Positions 48,335 through 59,500 of a DNA stretch of 64,000 nt are shown here, in pieces. Numbering within the stretch: the stretch's first letter is position 1; each line of letters opens with the position of its first letter. The notes beneath the pieces are model-generated. The model made no database searches. It saw nothing but the letters and a program-made list of their open reading frames with translations, and was not told the origin of the DNA. Source of the DNA: an uncultured archaeon (GTDB taxonomy: Archaea > Hadarchaeota > Hadarchaeia > Hadarchaeales > Hadarchaeaceae); NCBI GenBank assembly GCA_937921735.1, contig CAKZTQ010000032.1:1-64000 (forward strand), read 5' to 3'. Both the position numbers and the translations under genes were made by a program.

Positions 48335-49272
48335 ACCAACTCCTCGCCTGGCCTCCACTCAAATTGCTCCTGTAGTACAACATAAGCCGCAGATGGTGGG
48401 ATTATGCCTCGCTCAGTTATTATCAGGTCTATGTATTCTGGAGGAGTAACGTCGAAGACCGGGTTGCGGATTTTAACGCCGGGAAATCTCTTTGGGTTCA
48501 CTATCTCATTTGGTGGTCGCTCTTCGATCTCCACCAATCTCCCGACGAGGGTGCCTGGATGGAACTTATAGCTCTCCGCCGCCACGAAGAACAGCACCCT
48601 AGCTTCATTCGCGGCCAACGCTAGTTGGGAGGTACCAATCTTGTTTATCACCGCGCCGTTCGCTGCTATGCTGTCGGCACCGACTATCACCTTATCGACA
48701 TCTCTTATGAAGTGCCTTACCGCAGAATCGACTATCAGCGTCGTCGGGATACCGGCCCTGCTCAGCTCGCGCGCGCTTATCAATCCCTGCCTCATTGGTC
48801 TAGACTCCGTTACGAATACTTCGAGGCGTTTCCCTTGTTTAAAAGCGGTTTTGATAACAGAGAGGGCACAGTCGCTGTTACAATGTGTCATTATTACGTC
48901 TCCATCGGATATCCTGCGCGAGCCGATCTCTCCGATCCTCTTAACGGCCTCCAGAGACGTTTTGATGAACTCATCAGCTTTGGAGATCACCATCTTCCGC
49001 AATGTCTCCAAATCTAGGTCTTTCGATACCATAGCTTTGTGCGTAACAAATCGTATCGCATTGGGCAACGACACAGCGGTCGGCCGCGTGTTCAATAAGA
49101 ACCTAGAAACCTGTTCGAGTTCTTTCAAGAATTCAGCAGATGTCCTAGCTTTCGTTGTCTTAGCCGCTATCTTAAGTGCCCTAGCGGCAGCTCTCGCTAT
49201 CCTACCGGCCCCCCTTATTCGCATTTTTCGGATATCCTCAGCAATTTTCTCGATTTGGGCTTGTGCCATCAT
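48331..49272 (-). CDS. Ribose-1,5-bisphosphate isomerase (eIF-2B-like)
   Basis: IRGAG.IA, TRPTAVSLPNA, THCNS, ESRP..QG, GAD...ANG.V.NKIGT, NP.FDVTP. Confidence 0.9.
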   Translation of the reverse strand: MMAQAQIEKIAEDIRKMRIRGAGRIARAAARALKIAAKTTKARTSAEFLKELEQVSRFLLNTRPTAVSLPNAIRFVTHKAMVSKDLDLETLRKMVISKADEFIKTSLEAVKRIGEIGSRRISDGDVIMTHCNSDCALSVIKTAFKQGKRLEVFVTESRPMRQGLISARELSRAGIPTTLIVDSAVRHFIRDVDKVIVGADSIAANGAVINKIGTSQLALAANEARVLFFVAAESYKFHPGTLVGRLVEIEERPPNEIVNPKRFPGVKIRNPVFDVTPPEYIDLIITERGIIPPSAAYVVLQEQFEWRPGEELV

Positions 49273-49319
49273 CTCCCCTTTTTATTTTCCACTTAGTTTA
49301 AATATTGGGTGAAAATGGG

Positions 49320-49556
49320 TTAAGTAACGTGTTTCCGCAATTCGTTGAAAAAAATCCGCAAGTCGGTCTTGTGGACGGGGTCCGTTTCGGCCGAGATCTT
49401 ATCCCTTAATTTTTCCATAAATGTTTGTAAGCCTTGGCTCTCGTTTAATAGCTCCTGAATTACTTCGCGAAGCTCGTGCGGATAAACCAAATAAGCCATA
49501 GTTGAGGAAAATGAGTCCCATATTAGTTTTGTTTCAGCTTCTCGCATCTTTGGCAC
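49320..49556 (-). CDS. Small hypothetical protein
   Basis: 78-aa helical ORF directly following the Lrp gene in the same orientation. Confidence 0.55.
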   Translation of the reverse strand: MPKMREAETKLIWDSFSSTMAYLVYPHELREVIQELLNESQGLQTFMEKLRDKISAETDPVHKTDLRIFFNELRKHVT

Positions 49557-50030
49557 CTAGAGATTCACCAACGTTTCCTTTACGGTTTCCATAACTACTA
49601 CAGTTCTGACATTTTTCACGGGATCGAAGGAATAAATATGTTCTTTGATGAATTTATTAAGGCTTTCGAGATCCTTAACCCGGATCTTTATCATTAGGTT
49701 ATGGCCTCCCGTTGTGCGGTGGAGCTCACAAACCTCATGAGACTTGGAAAGACGCGAGATAAGCTTTTGCATGCTTGGAAAATCGATATCGACGCTCACA
49801 AATGCTAGAAGTCCTCGGTCAAGTTTTTTGGGATCGATGATAGCAGTGTATCCCTTGATAAGACCCGAACGCTCCAACAGTTTTATGCGCCTCCGAACCC
49901 CGGATGTGCTTAGCCCAACTTCCCTGCCCATTTTACTGATAGGTATGCGGGCATTAGCGTTTAACATCTTCAAAAGTTTTAGATCAACGCTGTCCAAAAT
50001 TTCGCCTCCGACCCTTCGTGCAAGTTTCAT
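49557..50030 (-). CDS. Lrp/AsnC family regulator
   Basis: LD..D..LL..L..NAR, HTH, G.IKGY.A.ID, RAM domain. Confidence 0.92.
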   Translation of the reverse strand: MKLARRVGGEILDSVDLKLLKMLNANARIPISKMGREVGLSTSGVRRRIKLLERSGLIKGYTAIIDPKKLDRGLLAFVSVDIDFPSMQKLISRLSKSHEVCELHRTTGGHNLMIKIRVKDLESLNKFIKEHIYSFDPVKNVRTVVVMETVKETLVNL

Positions 50031-50120
50031 CTCTTTAATTATTTATTTTTTGCGTGTTCAATTTTGCGCATCCTTGTTCTTTCGAAGATTTTATTTTCTC
50101 AGGCTTGACAAGTTTTTAAC

Positions 50121-50918
50121 ATGTTGAATGCCGAGATCCTTTCGTTGGGAAATGAGCTCATCGAGGGCCTACGAACTAACACGAATGCGACATGGCTCGC
50201 GAGGGAGCTCACGCGATTGGGCATCCGGGTGACCCGCATCACTTGCGTCGGAGACGAGCAGGGTGAGATAAAAGCTGCCATCGGCGAGGCCCTTGCTAGG
50301 AAACCTAATGTGCTCATCATAACGGGTGGACTCGGGGCGACTCCAGATGATAGAACTCGCGAAGCTCTCGCGCTGGCTATGCGACGGGGGCTGATTTTGA
50401 ATTCCGTAGCCCTTAAACTTGTGGAGTCAAGCTATAGACGCTTGGGACCATCGCGATCGATAAAACGCGAGGCTTTGGCCCAGGCGAAACAGAAGATGGC
50501 GAGGATTCCAAAAGGTGCAATCCCTTTGCCAAACCAAGTTGGTTTGGCACCGGGCATTAAGCTCAGGCACGGAAAAACTTTAATATTTTGTTTACCCGGC
50601 GTCCCGGCCGAGGCGAAGGCGATCTTCCGGACCTCTGTTCGGCATAACCTAGCCGAACTGGGTGGACAGGTGATGTGCAGCCGCACGGTGCTAGTAAAGG
50701 GTATCGATGAGACGACGTTAGCACCCCTGCTGGAAAGGTTGGCCCATGCGTTTCCTAGCGTCGATGTTCGTTCTTATCCTTCGTGGAAGGGTACACAAAG
50801 CCAAATCAAAATAATGTTGGTGGCCCCGACGGCGGAGCAAGTAAAGGCTGCGGCCGAATTCTTTGAACGTTCTTTAAAGGGATCTCGCGCATCAACCAGT
50901 CGGCGTGACCACCGTTAA
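50121..50918 (+). CDS. CinA-N/molybdopterin-binding domain protein
   Basis: GNEL..G...NTNA.WL, TGGLG.T.DD.T, N..G.APG, LPGVP.E. Confidence 0.88.
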   Translation: MLNAEILSLGNELIEGLRTNTNATWLARELTRLGIRVTRITCVGDEQGEIKAAIGEALARKPNVLIITGGLGATPDDRTREALALAMRRGLILNSVALKLVESSYRRLGPSRSIKREALAQAKQKMARIPKGAIPLPNQVGLAPGIKLRHGKTLIFCLPGVPAEAKAIFRTSVRHNLAELGGQVMCSRTVLVKGIDETTLAPLLERLAHAFPSVDVRSYPSWKGTQSQIKIMLVAPTAEQVKAAAEFFERSLKGSRASTSRRDHR

Positions 50919-52406
50919 CTTCTCTCGAACGACTTCACAAGCGTCTACTAGCGACTTTCCCCAACGCGCGGGGTCATCGAACAGAAGAACTTTTTCATAT
51001 CGGTGTCCAAATCTTCGCAGGTAGCTTGAAAGAGAATCGACCACTGTTTGCTTTTGGCGTTCATCCAGCTCCTGCGGTACTTGAAATTGCCCAAGTGGGT
51101 AAACATCTTCAAGCTCCTCCGGCACCACGCCGAAAGGAGGTATCAACCTGACTAAGTGAGTTCGATCCGGATCTTCCAATTTCGGTCGCTCCTTCTCGAA
51201 CGCGGGTACTATGGCCAAGATCGGCAAGGCAGGTGGTTCGTAGCGCTCCGCAAATCTTCGGATGTAGCGCACGACCTCCGGGCGATCTGCTGACTCGGGT
51301 CCCAGGTAAAAGAACGCGGATGGCTTGGTCACGGGATCGAAGCGTTCAATGAAATCGCGGTAGACCGCTAACCTGCGCAGGGCGTTCAAAAGCCTAGGAT
51401 GGGCACGACATTTCATCTCCACGTATTCCAATAGTCGCCCCTCGACAATCGCTTGTCTTATCCTCCTGAGTTCTCCGAAGATAACGCTCAAATTATGTTT
51501 GGCCAACAACTTGACGCGCTCCTCCCGTGAGGCTCCTTTTATTTCGTCTAAAGTGTACTCGCTGCAGATGGGACATTCGCAGGGCAAGTAGGCCAAGTCG
51601 TTCAACTTCAGCGTCTTGTCTGGCGTGATGTACCTGTCATCCTTCGCGTACAGTACGTAAGCGGCGGAATCGAAAAGGTCGCAGCCCATCGCGACCGCTA
51701 GTGGCAACATCATGGGATGACCGGCGCCGAATAGGTGCGTCGGGCGTTCCGGTGGAAGGTTTTGTTTTGCGGTCATCACTAAATCCACGATTTCAGCATA
51801 GCGATATTCCTCGAGCAGCTCCACTGGGCTACCTATGGCATGTAGTTGATAATCCAATTTTCCGATCTCCCTCGCGCATTTCGCCACTAAGTCATAAAAG
51901 GTCCCGCCTTGGACGGGGCCACACCACGCCACCTTTGGGTTGGACCTGAGTCGGATGGCCTGCTTGGCTCGCTCCAGCGTTATCTCGACGGTCTCAGCCG
52001 CGCGTCCTCTGTCCACTCCTATGCCGGTTGGTATGTCCAGTATCGTCGCGATATCTGGGGCAATTGCATCTTGGTAAAGCACGATCTCTTCCGGTCCAAC
52101 ATCGATCGTCCCGTAGCGTAAGATCTGATATCCCCCGCTATCCGTCATTATCGGACCATCGTAACGAAGTATCCTATGAACGCCTTGTCTTGTAGCCTTC
52201 TCGCCATAGTGACGTAGTATCAGATATGCGTTTGTTATCACGATCTCCGCTCCGAACTCCCGACGCATCTCGCGAGGGGTCAGTACGATGTCCCTGGGAT
52301 CTATCACTGGCATGAGCGTGGGAGTCGTCACCTCGCCGTGGGCCGTGGTGAGCTTACCGATTCTCCCCATGCCGTCTCGGTGAAGTATTTGAAAAATTTT
52401 AACCAC
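50892..52406 (-). CDS. tgtA: Archaeosine tRNA-guanine(15) transglycosylase
   Basis: TP.LMPV, TDSGGYQ, HLFGAGHP, DLFDSAAY, C.CP.C, HNL. Confidence 0.95.
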   Translation of the reverse strand: MVKIFQILHRDGMGRIGKLTTAHGEVTTPTLMPVIDPRDIVLTPREMRREFGAEIVITNAYLILRHYGEKATRQGVHRILRYDGPIMTDSGGYQILRYGTIDVGPEEIVLYQDAIAPDIATILDIPTGIGVDRGRAAETVEITLERAKQAIRLRSNPKVAWCGPVQGGTFYDLVAKCAREIGKLDYQLHAIGSPVELLEEYRYAEIVDLVMTAKQNLPPERPTHLFGAGHPMMLPLAVAMGCDLFDSAAYVLYAKDDRYITPDKTLKLNDLAYLPCECPICSEYTLDEIKGASREERVKLLAKHNLSVIFGELRRIRQAIVEGRLLEYVEMKCRAHPRLLNALRRLAVYRDFIERFDPVTKPSAFFYLGPESADRPEVVRYIRRFAERYEPPALPILAIVPAFEKERPKLEDPDRTHLVRLIPPFGVVPEELEDVYPLGQFQVPQELDERQKQTVVDSLSSYLRRFGHRYEKVLLFDDPARWGKSLVDACEVVREKLTVVTPTG

Positions 52407-52416
52407 CGTCGGCGAG

Positions 52417-53628
52417 CTAACAGAGCGGGATTTTCCCGTATGCTAAATCCATGCAAAACTTATCTATATTTTCGAGCTCAGAGTTCATGATTTCCTCTAT
52501 GTCCTCTCGGACCTCCTCGATGGTCACCCCTGGTTGTGGGATCACCTGTGCAATGGCGATGGCCGGTTGATCTATAGGTTGGCCTATTTTGCTCAGCAAC
52601 CAAACGTAAACTTCTTCCAAGCCCGGCACCTGCTCGTATATTTTTTCTGCCATACGGTGCGTTAGAACGTTGTAGATCTTGCCAACGTGGCTTATCGGAT
52701 TTTTGCCTGTTGCGGCCTCGGAGCTCACGTGTCTGTTCAATGGGATCACACCGTTAACTCGGTTGCCCCTGCCGACTTGACCCGAATCAGCGCCATCCGC
52801 GCTTGTGCCTAGCACAGTTAGATAAATCCCGTCTACACCGCGTCCGGGTACATCTAACGTATTGAGGTGAATGGTAACTTTTTTGAAGTTTGCATTTTCT
52901 TCAACGAACGAGTTCAAGTTCTCGAGGACTTCTGATTTTTTCCTGAAATAATCATCTTCGCTTTCGATAAACCTGTCAACGAAAGCTATTGAGATAGTCA
53001 AGTTCAACTCATCGTTTTTTCGAAATCCCATTACTTTTACATCCTCACCTGTTTCTTGGAACTCCTTTTTGAATTCCTTTGAATTTATGTATTTTTCTAC
53101 CATGAGAACGAGTTTCTCGGTGTTGGTCATAGGCGCATAGCCAACCGCCGCGGATGTGTCGTTTGCGCTTAGGACCCTTCCTTTTCTCTTGAAGATATCC
53201 GTGAGCGCCGCCGATCCCGGTTTCAACTCAACTTGGTATCTCACGTGCTCCTCGGGGTCAACGAATCTGAGATTTTGCCTAAACCACTCCTTGGCAGCTT
53301 CGATGGCTATTTCCTCAACCGGGATGCTGATGCCCTCCACCTCACAGGTTGCCCTATCTCCGAATATCAAAAGCATGGGTTGTTTTACCGTCCCCCCTCC
53401 AAACTTGGTTTCGACTTCGCCGGCGACGAGCAGCGATTTATCGGCATTGTAATGCATTATCCTTCCAAACTTTTTGAGGTATTCCATGTTCAACATTATG
53501 GAGACTCGATCTAAGATAGCATCGCAAATCGTATCTGGGTGCCCAAGACCTTTTCTTTCCACTATTTCAAATTTTTGTTTCTCCAGCGGCGTTTGTTTGA
53601 AATCCTCCACAATAATATTTCGGTCCAA
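52417..53628 (-). CDS. mat: Archaeal S-adenosylmethionine synthetase
   Basis: ERKG.GHPD.ICD, ANDTS, GED.KVMG, GRGNR.NG.I, GKNP..HVGKIYN. Confidence 0.96.
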   Translation of the reverse strand: MDRNIIVEDFKQTPLEKQKFEIVERKGLGHPDTICDAILDRVSIMLNMEYLKKFGRIMHYNADKSLLVAGEVETKFGGGTVKQPMLLIFGDRATCEVEGISIPVEEIAIEAAKEWFRQNLRFVDPEEHVRYQVELKPGSAALTDIFKRKGRVLSANDTSAAVGYAPMTNTEKLVLMVEKYINSKEFKKEFQETGEDVKVMGFRKNDELNLTISIAFVDRFIESEDDYFRKKSEVLENLNSFVEENANFKKVTIHLNTLDVPGRGVDGIYLTVLGTSADGADSGQVGRGNRVNGVIPLNRHVSSEAATGKNPISHVGKIYNVLTHRMAEKIYEQVPGLEEVYVWLLSKIGQPIDQPAIAIAQVIPQPGVTIEEVREDIEEIMNSELENIDKFCMDLAYGKIPLC

Positions 53629-53704
53629 ATCCGCACCCGCGGTTTTCGGTTCACTATTCAAATATTTATAGGTTTTTCTGATAAATATAACTGATAGGAA
53701 TGAC

Positions 53705-54283
53705 ATGCGCTTAATGAGGCCTACAGAGATACGTAACTTGCGCATTAAGCTAGGCTTGACGCAAGCACAGCTCGCCGAGTTGGCGGGAGTGACCCAAGCC
53801 TACATAGCCAAAATCGAGGCGGGAATCGCCGATCCTAAGGTCTCAACGCTCGAGAGGATATTGACGGCGCTTGAGGGGGCGAAAGCCAAGAGGCGCATTA
53901 CGGCGAGCCAAATAATGAACGCACCGATAATCTCAGTTAAACCTAACGATAAGGTCGAGAAGGCAATCCGACTGATGGAGTCCCACGACATATCTCAACT
54001 CCCGGTGCTGGAGGGCTCAACGCAAATAGGTTCGATATCGGAGGCGACGATCCTCCGCAAGATCGCTGAAGGCGAGGACATGTCCAAGCTTGTGCGAAGC
54101 GACGTCGAGGAGATCATGGAAGATCCGTTTCCGACCGTGGGCAGGGACGCGGATGTCGACACTATCTACCACTTGCTCGAGCACAATCCCGCCGTCCTCA
54201 TCGTTGACCGCAATAAGGCGATCGGGATAGTGACTAAGGCGGATGTGCTTAAGCTGGTGAACGAGTTCAAGAGGATCAAATAG
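53705..54283 (+). CDS. XRE-HTH plus CBS-pair transcriptional regulator
   Basis: GLTQ..LA..AGV.Q.YIAKIE.G..DP, followed by two CBS domains. Confidence 0.9.
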   Translation: MRLMRPTEIRNLRIKLGLTQAQLAELAGVTQAYIAKIEAGIADPKVSTLERILTALEGAKAKRRITASQIMNAPIISVKPNDKVEKAIRLMESHDISQLPVLEGSTQIGSISEATILRKIAEGEDMSKLVRSDVEEIMEDPFPTVGRDADVDTIYHLLEHNPAVLIVDRNKAIGIVTKADVLKLVNEFKRIK

Positions 54284-54364
54284 TTGATTACAATCAACGC
54301 GGTTTGTTAACCGCCCTGAAATGATTTATCCCCGGCGGTAATAGTAGAAACGGCGGTATAATCC

Positions 54365-55084
54365 ATGTTCAAGGACCCGATTAGGGAAAGGGTCGGGCGG
54401 TGGATAGCCGGGGACATAGCGCTGTCCGAGGACCCGGGCGGCGCCATAAAGCGATGGCGGGAGATCTTCGGCATGAGCCAGACCTCGCTCGCCGAAGTTT
54501 TGGGCATCTCCCCCTCCGTCATAAGCGACTACGAAGCCGGCAGGCGTAAATCCCCTGGCGTGGGGACGGTGAGGCGCATCGTCGAGGCTTTTGTCGAGTT
54601 CGACGAACAACACGGGGGGAAGGTGAAGAGGGCTTTTGCGCACATGTTTGGCACTCAACTACCGCCCGACATCGTGCTAGACATCCGCGAGTTCAAGGAG
54701 CCAGTAGACGGGAGGACGATTTGTGAGGTCGTGGCGGGAGAGGTAGCGGCGAACGAAGAGCTGTTGGATCAAAAACTCTTCGGTTACACCGTCATCGATA
54801 GTTACAAGGCGGTGCTGGGGCTCTCGGCAGACGAGTTCACGAGGCTGTATGGTCTGACGACTGAGAGGGCGCTCGTGTTTACGGGTGTCACGACTGGACG
54901 CTCGCCCATGGTCGCGATAAAGGTTATAGGCATCACACCCGGCATGGTGGTACTTCACGGGAGCCTTCAGACGGTTGACCCCTTGGGTATCAAAATAGCG
55001 GAAATCCTACGGATGCCGCTCGTCGTATCGAGGCTCCCATCAGTGAGCGATCTCATCGAGAAACTGCGCAAATGCGCGATTTGA
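54365..55084 (+). CDS. Conserved archaeal HTH regulator upstream of HMG-CoA synthase
   Basis: IAG.I.LS..PG..I..WR, SVISDYE.GRR.SPG, RAL.FT.V..GRSPMVA. Confidence 0.85.
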   Translation: MFKDPIRERVGRWIAGDIALSEDPGGAIKRWREIFGMSQTSLAEVLGISPSVISDYEAGRRKSPGVGTVRRIVEAFVEFDEQHGGKVKRAFAHMFGTQLPPDIVLDIREFKEPVDGRTICEVVAGEVAANEELLDQKLFGYTVIDSYKAVLGLSADEFTRLYGLTTERALVFTGVTTGRSPMVAIKVIGITPGMVVLHGSLQTVDPLGIKIAEILRMPLVVSRLPSVSDLIEKLRKCAI

Positions 55085-55180
55085 TACGACGATCGTCGAA
55101 ATAATTATAGACAATCGAAAAATATTTAATGTTCGCGCCAGACGATTAGCATAAATCTAGGAGGAGGACGGCGAAAATTT

Positions 55181-56224
55181 ATGGATGTCGGAATTGTCGG
55201 TTACGGGGTCTATATCCCAAGATATCGGCTAAAGATAGAGGATATAGCCAAGGTATGGGGGGCCGACGCGGGGAGGGTAAAGCAGGGGCTGTTGGTGGAG
55301 GAGAAATCCGTCCCCGGACCGGACGAGGACACCGTCACCATCGCCGTGGAGGCGGCCAGAAACGCCATGAGGCATGCGAGAATTAACCCCCAGGACATCG
55401 GCGCCATCTACGTCGGCTCCGAATCGCATCCGTACGCCGTTAAGCCCACCGCAACTATGGTTGCTGAGGCAATAGGGGCCACGCCTAACCTAACTGCGGC
55501 GGACTATGAGTTCGCCTGCAAGGCAGGCACGGCGGGCATCCAAACGTGCATGGGCATGGTCGAGGCGGGGATGATAAAATACGGCATGGCCATAGGCGCC
55601 GACACCGCCCAAGGTGCTCCCGGGGACCCACTCGAATACACCGCCGCAGCCGGTGGGGCAGCGTTCATAATCGGAAAAAACGGGGGAGAGACGATTGCCG
55701 CGATAGAGGGGACCTGCTCTTATACCACGGACACCCCCGATTTCTGGCGTAGGGACATGCAACCATACCCAAGGCACGGGGGGAGGTTCACGGGCAAGCC
55801 CGCCTACTTCAAGCATGTCCTCTCGGCAGCGGCGGCCCTTCTCCAGCAGCTACAGCTTAGGCCTCAGGATTACTCGTATGTGGTATTTCATCAGCCGAAC
55901 GGCAAGTTTCCGCTTCAGGCTGCCAAGGAGCTAGGTTTTTCAACAGAACAGGTGATGCCGGGGTTGCTTGTGACCAAGATAGGCAACACATATTCCGCGT
56001 CCACCTTACTTGGGTTAGCTGCCATTTTGGATCAAGCCAAGCCTGGCGAGAGGATCCTCGCCGTTTCTTATGGCTCAGGCGCCGGGAGCGATGCTATAAG
56101 CTTGCTAGTGAGGGACGCCATAGAGGAAAAGCGGAATTCGCCAAAGGTGTTGGACTACGTGAACAAGAAAATAATCATCGACTATAGCACCTACGCGAAG
56201 TTCAGGCGGCTGTTGGTGAAGTAG
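55181..56224 (+). CDS. Hydroxymethylglutaryl-CoA synthase
   Basis: [41 protein letters not shown]. Confidence 0.96.
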   Translation: MDVGIVGYGVYIPRYRLKIEDIAKVWGADAGRVKQGLLVEEKSVPGPDEDTVTIAVEAARNAMRHARINPQDIGAIYVGSESHPYAVKPTATMVAEAIGATPNLTAADYEFACKAGTAGIQTCMGMVEAGMIKYGMAIGADTAQGAPGDPLEYTAAAGGAAFIIGKNGGETIAAIEGTCSYTTDTPDFWRRDMQPYPRHGGRFTGKPAYFKHVLSAAAALLQQLQLRPQDYSYVVFHQPNGKFPLQAAKELGFSTEQVMPGLLVTKIGNTYSASTLLGLAAILDQAKPGERILAVSYGSGAGSDAISLLVRDAIEEKRNSPKVLDYVNKKIIIDYSTYAKFRRLLVK

Positions 56225-57388
56225 ATGAGAGAAGTGGCGATAATAGGGGTGGGACTAACCAAGTTCGGCGAGCTTTGGGACGTTTCGTTCAGGCAGATGA
56301 TCGTCGAGGCCGGTGCCCAAGCCATAGAGGATGCCAACGTGGACGGCAAACAAATCGACGCGATGTACGTGGGAAATATGTCCGCCGGTCAATTCATTCG
56401 CCAGGAGCACGTGGCCTCGCTCATCGCCGACCACGCTGGCTTGGTGCCAATACCGTGTACTAGAGTAGAGGGCGCCTGTGCCTCCGGCGGGCTTGCCCTG
56501 CGTCAGGCGTTCATAGCCGTGGCCTCAGGGATCCACGACATAGTGGTGGCGGCCGGAATAGAGAAAATGACGGATATCTTGACAGAGCAGACCACCGAGG
56601 CGCTCGCGACGGCCGCGGACCAAGAGTGGGAGGCGCAGATAGGTGCCACGTTCCCGGGACTCTACGCCCTCATGGCGAGGCGCCACATGTACGAGTACGG
56701 CACGACGGAGGAGCAGATGGCCATGGTCGCGGTTAAAAACCATCACAACGCCTGCTTCAACCCGTGCGCGCAGTACCACATGAAGATAACCGTCGAAGAT
56801 GTTTTGAACTCCGCACCCGTTACCTATCCGCTCAAGCTGCTCGATTGCTCGCCCATCACCGACGGTGCTGCATGCGTTATCCTCGCCCCAGCTGAAAAGG
56901 CGAGGCGATTCACTGACACGCCAATCTTGATCGCGGGAAGTGGGCAGGCTAGCGATACCATTTCTCTACACGATAGACCGACGTTGACAGGCATAAGGGC
57001 GACGACCGAGGCAGCGAGGGTCGCTTACAAGATGGCCGGCGTAGGGCCACGAGACATAGACCTCGCGGAGGTCCACGATTGCTTCACGATAGCCGAGATA
57101 ATGGCGATAGAGGACCTGGGCTTCTGCAAGAAGGGCGAGGGTGGCAGGGTCACCGAGCAGGGTGAGACAGCGCTTGGGGGGAGGATACCCATCAACACGA
57201 GCGGTGGCCTGAAGGGCAAAGGGCACCCCGTCGGTGCAACCGGCATCGCTCAGGCCGTCGAGATCGTGCAACAGCTCCGAGGCGAGGCCGGCAAGAGGCA
57301 GGTAGAGGGTGCGGAAATCGGTCTCACCCATAATGTGGGTGGAACAGGCGGTACCGCGGTCGTGCACATATTTAAGAGGGGTGACTAG
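56225..57388 (+). CDS. Acetoacetyl-CoA thiolase
   Basis: E.ACASGG, EVHDCFT, SGGL..KGHP.GATG, HN.GG.G. Confidence 0.95.
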   Translation: MREVAIIGVGLTKFGELWDVSFRQMIVEAGAQAIEDANVDGKQIDAMYVGNMSAGQFIRQEHVASLIADHAGLVPIPCTRVEGACASGGLALRQAFIAVASGIHDIVVAAGIEKMTDILTEQTTEALATAADQEWEAQIGATFPGLYALMARRHMYEYGTTEEQMAMVAVKNHHNACFNPCAQYHMKITVEDVLNSAPVTYPLKLLDCSPITDGAACVILAPAEKARRFTDTPILIAGSGQASDTISLHDRPTLTGIRATTEAARVAYKMAGVGPRDIDLAEVHDCFTIAEIMAIEDLGFCKKGEGGRVTEQGETALGGRIPINTSGGLKGKGHPVGATGIAQAVEIVQQLRGEAGKRQVEGAEIGLTHNVGGTGGTAVVHIFKRGD

Positions 57389-57781
57389 GTGGGCGTTCCA
57401 AGGTTTTGGCGGGAGATACCCAATCGCTACAACTTGATCGGCACTAAGTGTAAGAACTGCAATAAGGTTTTCTTCCCGCCACGCTACATCTGCCCGAATT
57501 GCAGGCGCGTCGGCAAGCTTGAGCCGTACAAGCTGAAGGGGCGCGGCAAGATCTACTCCTATACCATTACATACGTGCCATCGAACGGCTTTGAGGACCA
57601 AGTGCCCTACGTGCTGGCGATAGTTGAGCTCGAGGATGGACCGAAGATTACGACACAAGTCACGGACTGCGATCCGAACGACATCAAAATAGGCGATGAG
57701 GTGGAAATAGTTTTCAGGCGGATGGGCGAGGAAGGAGAAGAAGGAGTAATTTACTACGGGTACAAGGCGAGGAAAATCTAA
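57389..57781 (+). CDS. DUF35 Zn-ribbon/OB-fold scaffold protein
   Basis: C..C....FPPR..CP.C plus OB fold; conserved HMGS-thiolase-DUF35 cluster. Confidence 0.93.
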   Translation: MGVPRFWREIPNRYNLIGTKCKNCNKVFFPPRYICPNCRRVGKLEPYKLKGRGKIYSYTITYVPSNGFEDQVPYVLAIVELEDGPKITTQVTDCDPNDIKIGDEVEIVFRRMGEEGEEGVIYYGYKARKI

Positions 57782-57790
57782 ACTGACCGA

Positions 57791-58546
57791 TCATACCCGT
57801 CGCGCGAAGGTCAGGTATCCGGTATGAGCGATCATTCGAGTCTTCGGCCTCGTGCTGCCTGGTTTGACCTCGAATTCCCTGACCAGGCATTCTATGGTTT
57901 GGTAGTTGACGAAGCTATAATTGGGCAGTTCCGCGTGTAGCCTCTGAATGTGCTCGATGCATGGGGAGAAGACCGCGAGGTAACCCCCTGGCTTAAGTGC
58001 CGCTTCAGCATGGGGTAATACCCGCTCGGGCTGGGGCAAATCTAGCGCAACGAGGTCAACGTCTCGTTCCTCTATTCCCTCGTAGATATCTTTGAGCTTT
58101 ATCGTCACGATATCGCTCAGCCCGGCCGAGCGGATGTTGTCCTCGGCTAATCGAGCGAAGTCCTCCCTGACCTCGTAGCTTATCACTCGGCCGTTCGGCC
58201 TCACCAGATTTGCTAAAAACATCGCCAGCGCCCCCGAGCCGGCCCCCGCGTCCACCACGATATCGCCAGGGCCTAGCCCAGTGTAAGCGATTATCTGCGC
58301 CGCGTCCTTTGGGAGCACTATCTGAGGGGCGCGTTTCATCTTCTGCAAAAAGTCCGTGATTCTTGGCCGCAAAAGTACGAACTCTTTGCCGGTGTGCGAT
58401 TTCAACCTCTCGCCTGGTTTTTTGCCGATCGCGGCGCCGAGGTCGATGGCACCTAAATCGGTATGTAGTTGTCTGGGCTCCGCTGCGACGAGATATTTTC
58501 TGCCTCTTTCATCGATCAGTATTACCTTCTCTCCCCTTTGGATCAT
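57791..58546 (-). CDS. trmI: tRNA (adenine-N1)-methyltransferase
   Basis: PQI..PKD, AG.GSG.L, LDLP.P, RP...M..HTGYL. Confidence 0.94.
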   Translation of the reverse strand: MIQRGEKVILIDERGRKYLVAAEPRQLHTDLGAIDLGAAIGKKPGERLKSHTGKEFVLLRPRITDFLQKMKRAPQIVLPKDAAQIIAYTGLGPGDIVVDAGAGSGALAMFLANLVRPNGRVISYEVREDFARLAEDNIRSAGLSDIVTIKLKDIYEGIEERDVDLVALDLPQPERVLPHAEAALKPGGYLAVFSPCIEHIQRLHAELPNYSFVNYQTIECLVREFEVKPGSTRPKTRMIAHTGYLTFARRV

Positions 58547-58609
58547 CCAATCGCCAATTTTGTTGTCGAGCTTATATATCCCCTGTTAAACGTTGGATAA
58601 GGGGGCGTC

Positions 58610-59500
58610 ATGCGCATGAGTTTGCCGTTCCTCTACATGCGGCCGCGGCAAATGATCGCCATACCCGCGATCCTTTCCGTCATCTTCTTGATCGCAATTT
58701 TGATTCGTGGGGTTCCCATTGGCATGGAGTTCACCGGTGGCACGTTGGTCAGGATTCGCGGGCTTGATGATCGGCCCGACCTTTCGATGGTCGAGCCTGC
58801 GGTTGAGAATTTTTTAGGCTCGAAGATATATCTCAAGATAACTGAGGACCGCACCCGTCAAACTGGAAGGTTTGGATTGGACTTGGAGACCAGCAAGGTG
58901 TTGAGCGAGGAGGAAAAGGTCGAGCTTCAGAAGTTTTTGGAGAAGAAATTTGGCATAACGGGGAACTACGGCGCGGAATGGTTTGGTTCTATACTCACGG
59001 GCATCTATCGAGAGCAAGCGCGTCGGGCGATAATTGCTGCGATCATCGCGATGGCCATCATCATCTTCATCGCGTTTAGGCGCAAGGTGGTGGTCGGTGC
59101 CATCCTCCTTTGCCTAGGCCTTGACATGCTCGGGACACTTGGATGCATGGCGATATTTGGAGTTCCCCTCACCTTGGCATCGATCGCTGGACTCCTGATG
59201 CTCATAGGTTATGCCGTCGATACCAATATCCTGCTGTCGGTTCAAACCGTGAAGCGCTTGGGAGGTGAGGTAAGGGAACGGATCCTCACCGCCATGAAAA
59301 CTGGGCTGATGATGAGCGGCACCACAGCGCTGGCGATGATCATCATTAATGTCATCACCGTTGCTCCGGCCCTCTACCAGCTCTCCGCGGTTCTTATATT
59401 CGGTATCTTGGTCGACATCGTCAACACTTGGTTCTTGAACGCAGGGATTTTGTTGTGGCATTCAAGCCGAATTAAGGAGGAGTTCTATGTCAGCGAGTAG
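58610..59500 (+). CDS. secF: Protein translocase subunit SecF
   Basis: G.EFTGGT, LMLIGY.VD..ILL, D..NTW..NA..L. Confidence 0.9.
   Translation: MRMSLPFLYMRPRQMIAIPAILSVIFLIAILIRGVPIGMEFTGGTLVRIRGLDDRPDLSMVEPAVENFLGSKIYLKITEDRTRQTGRFGLDLETSKVLSEEEKVELQKFLEKKFGITGNYGAEWFGSILTGIYREQARRAIIAAIIAMAIIIFIAFRRKVVVGAILLCLGLDMLGTLGCMAIFGVPLTLASIAGLLMLIGYAVDTNILLSVQTVKRLGGEVRERILTAMKTGLMMSGTTALAMIIINVITVAPALYQLSAVLIFGILVDIVNTWFLNAGILLWHSSRIKEEFYVSE

Noticed and set aside
55181-57781. HMGS-thiolase-DUF35 cluster as a novelty
   Set aside because: Well-known conserved archaeal mevalonate-pathway complex.
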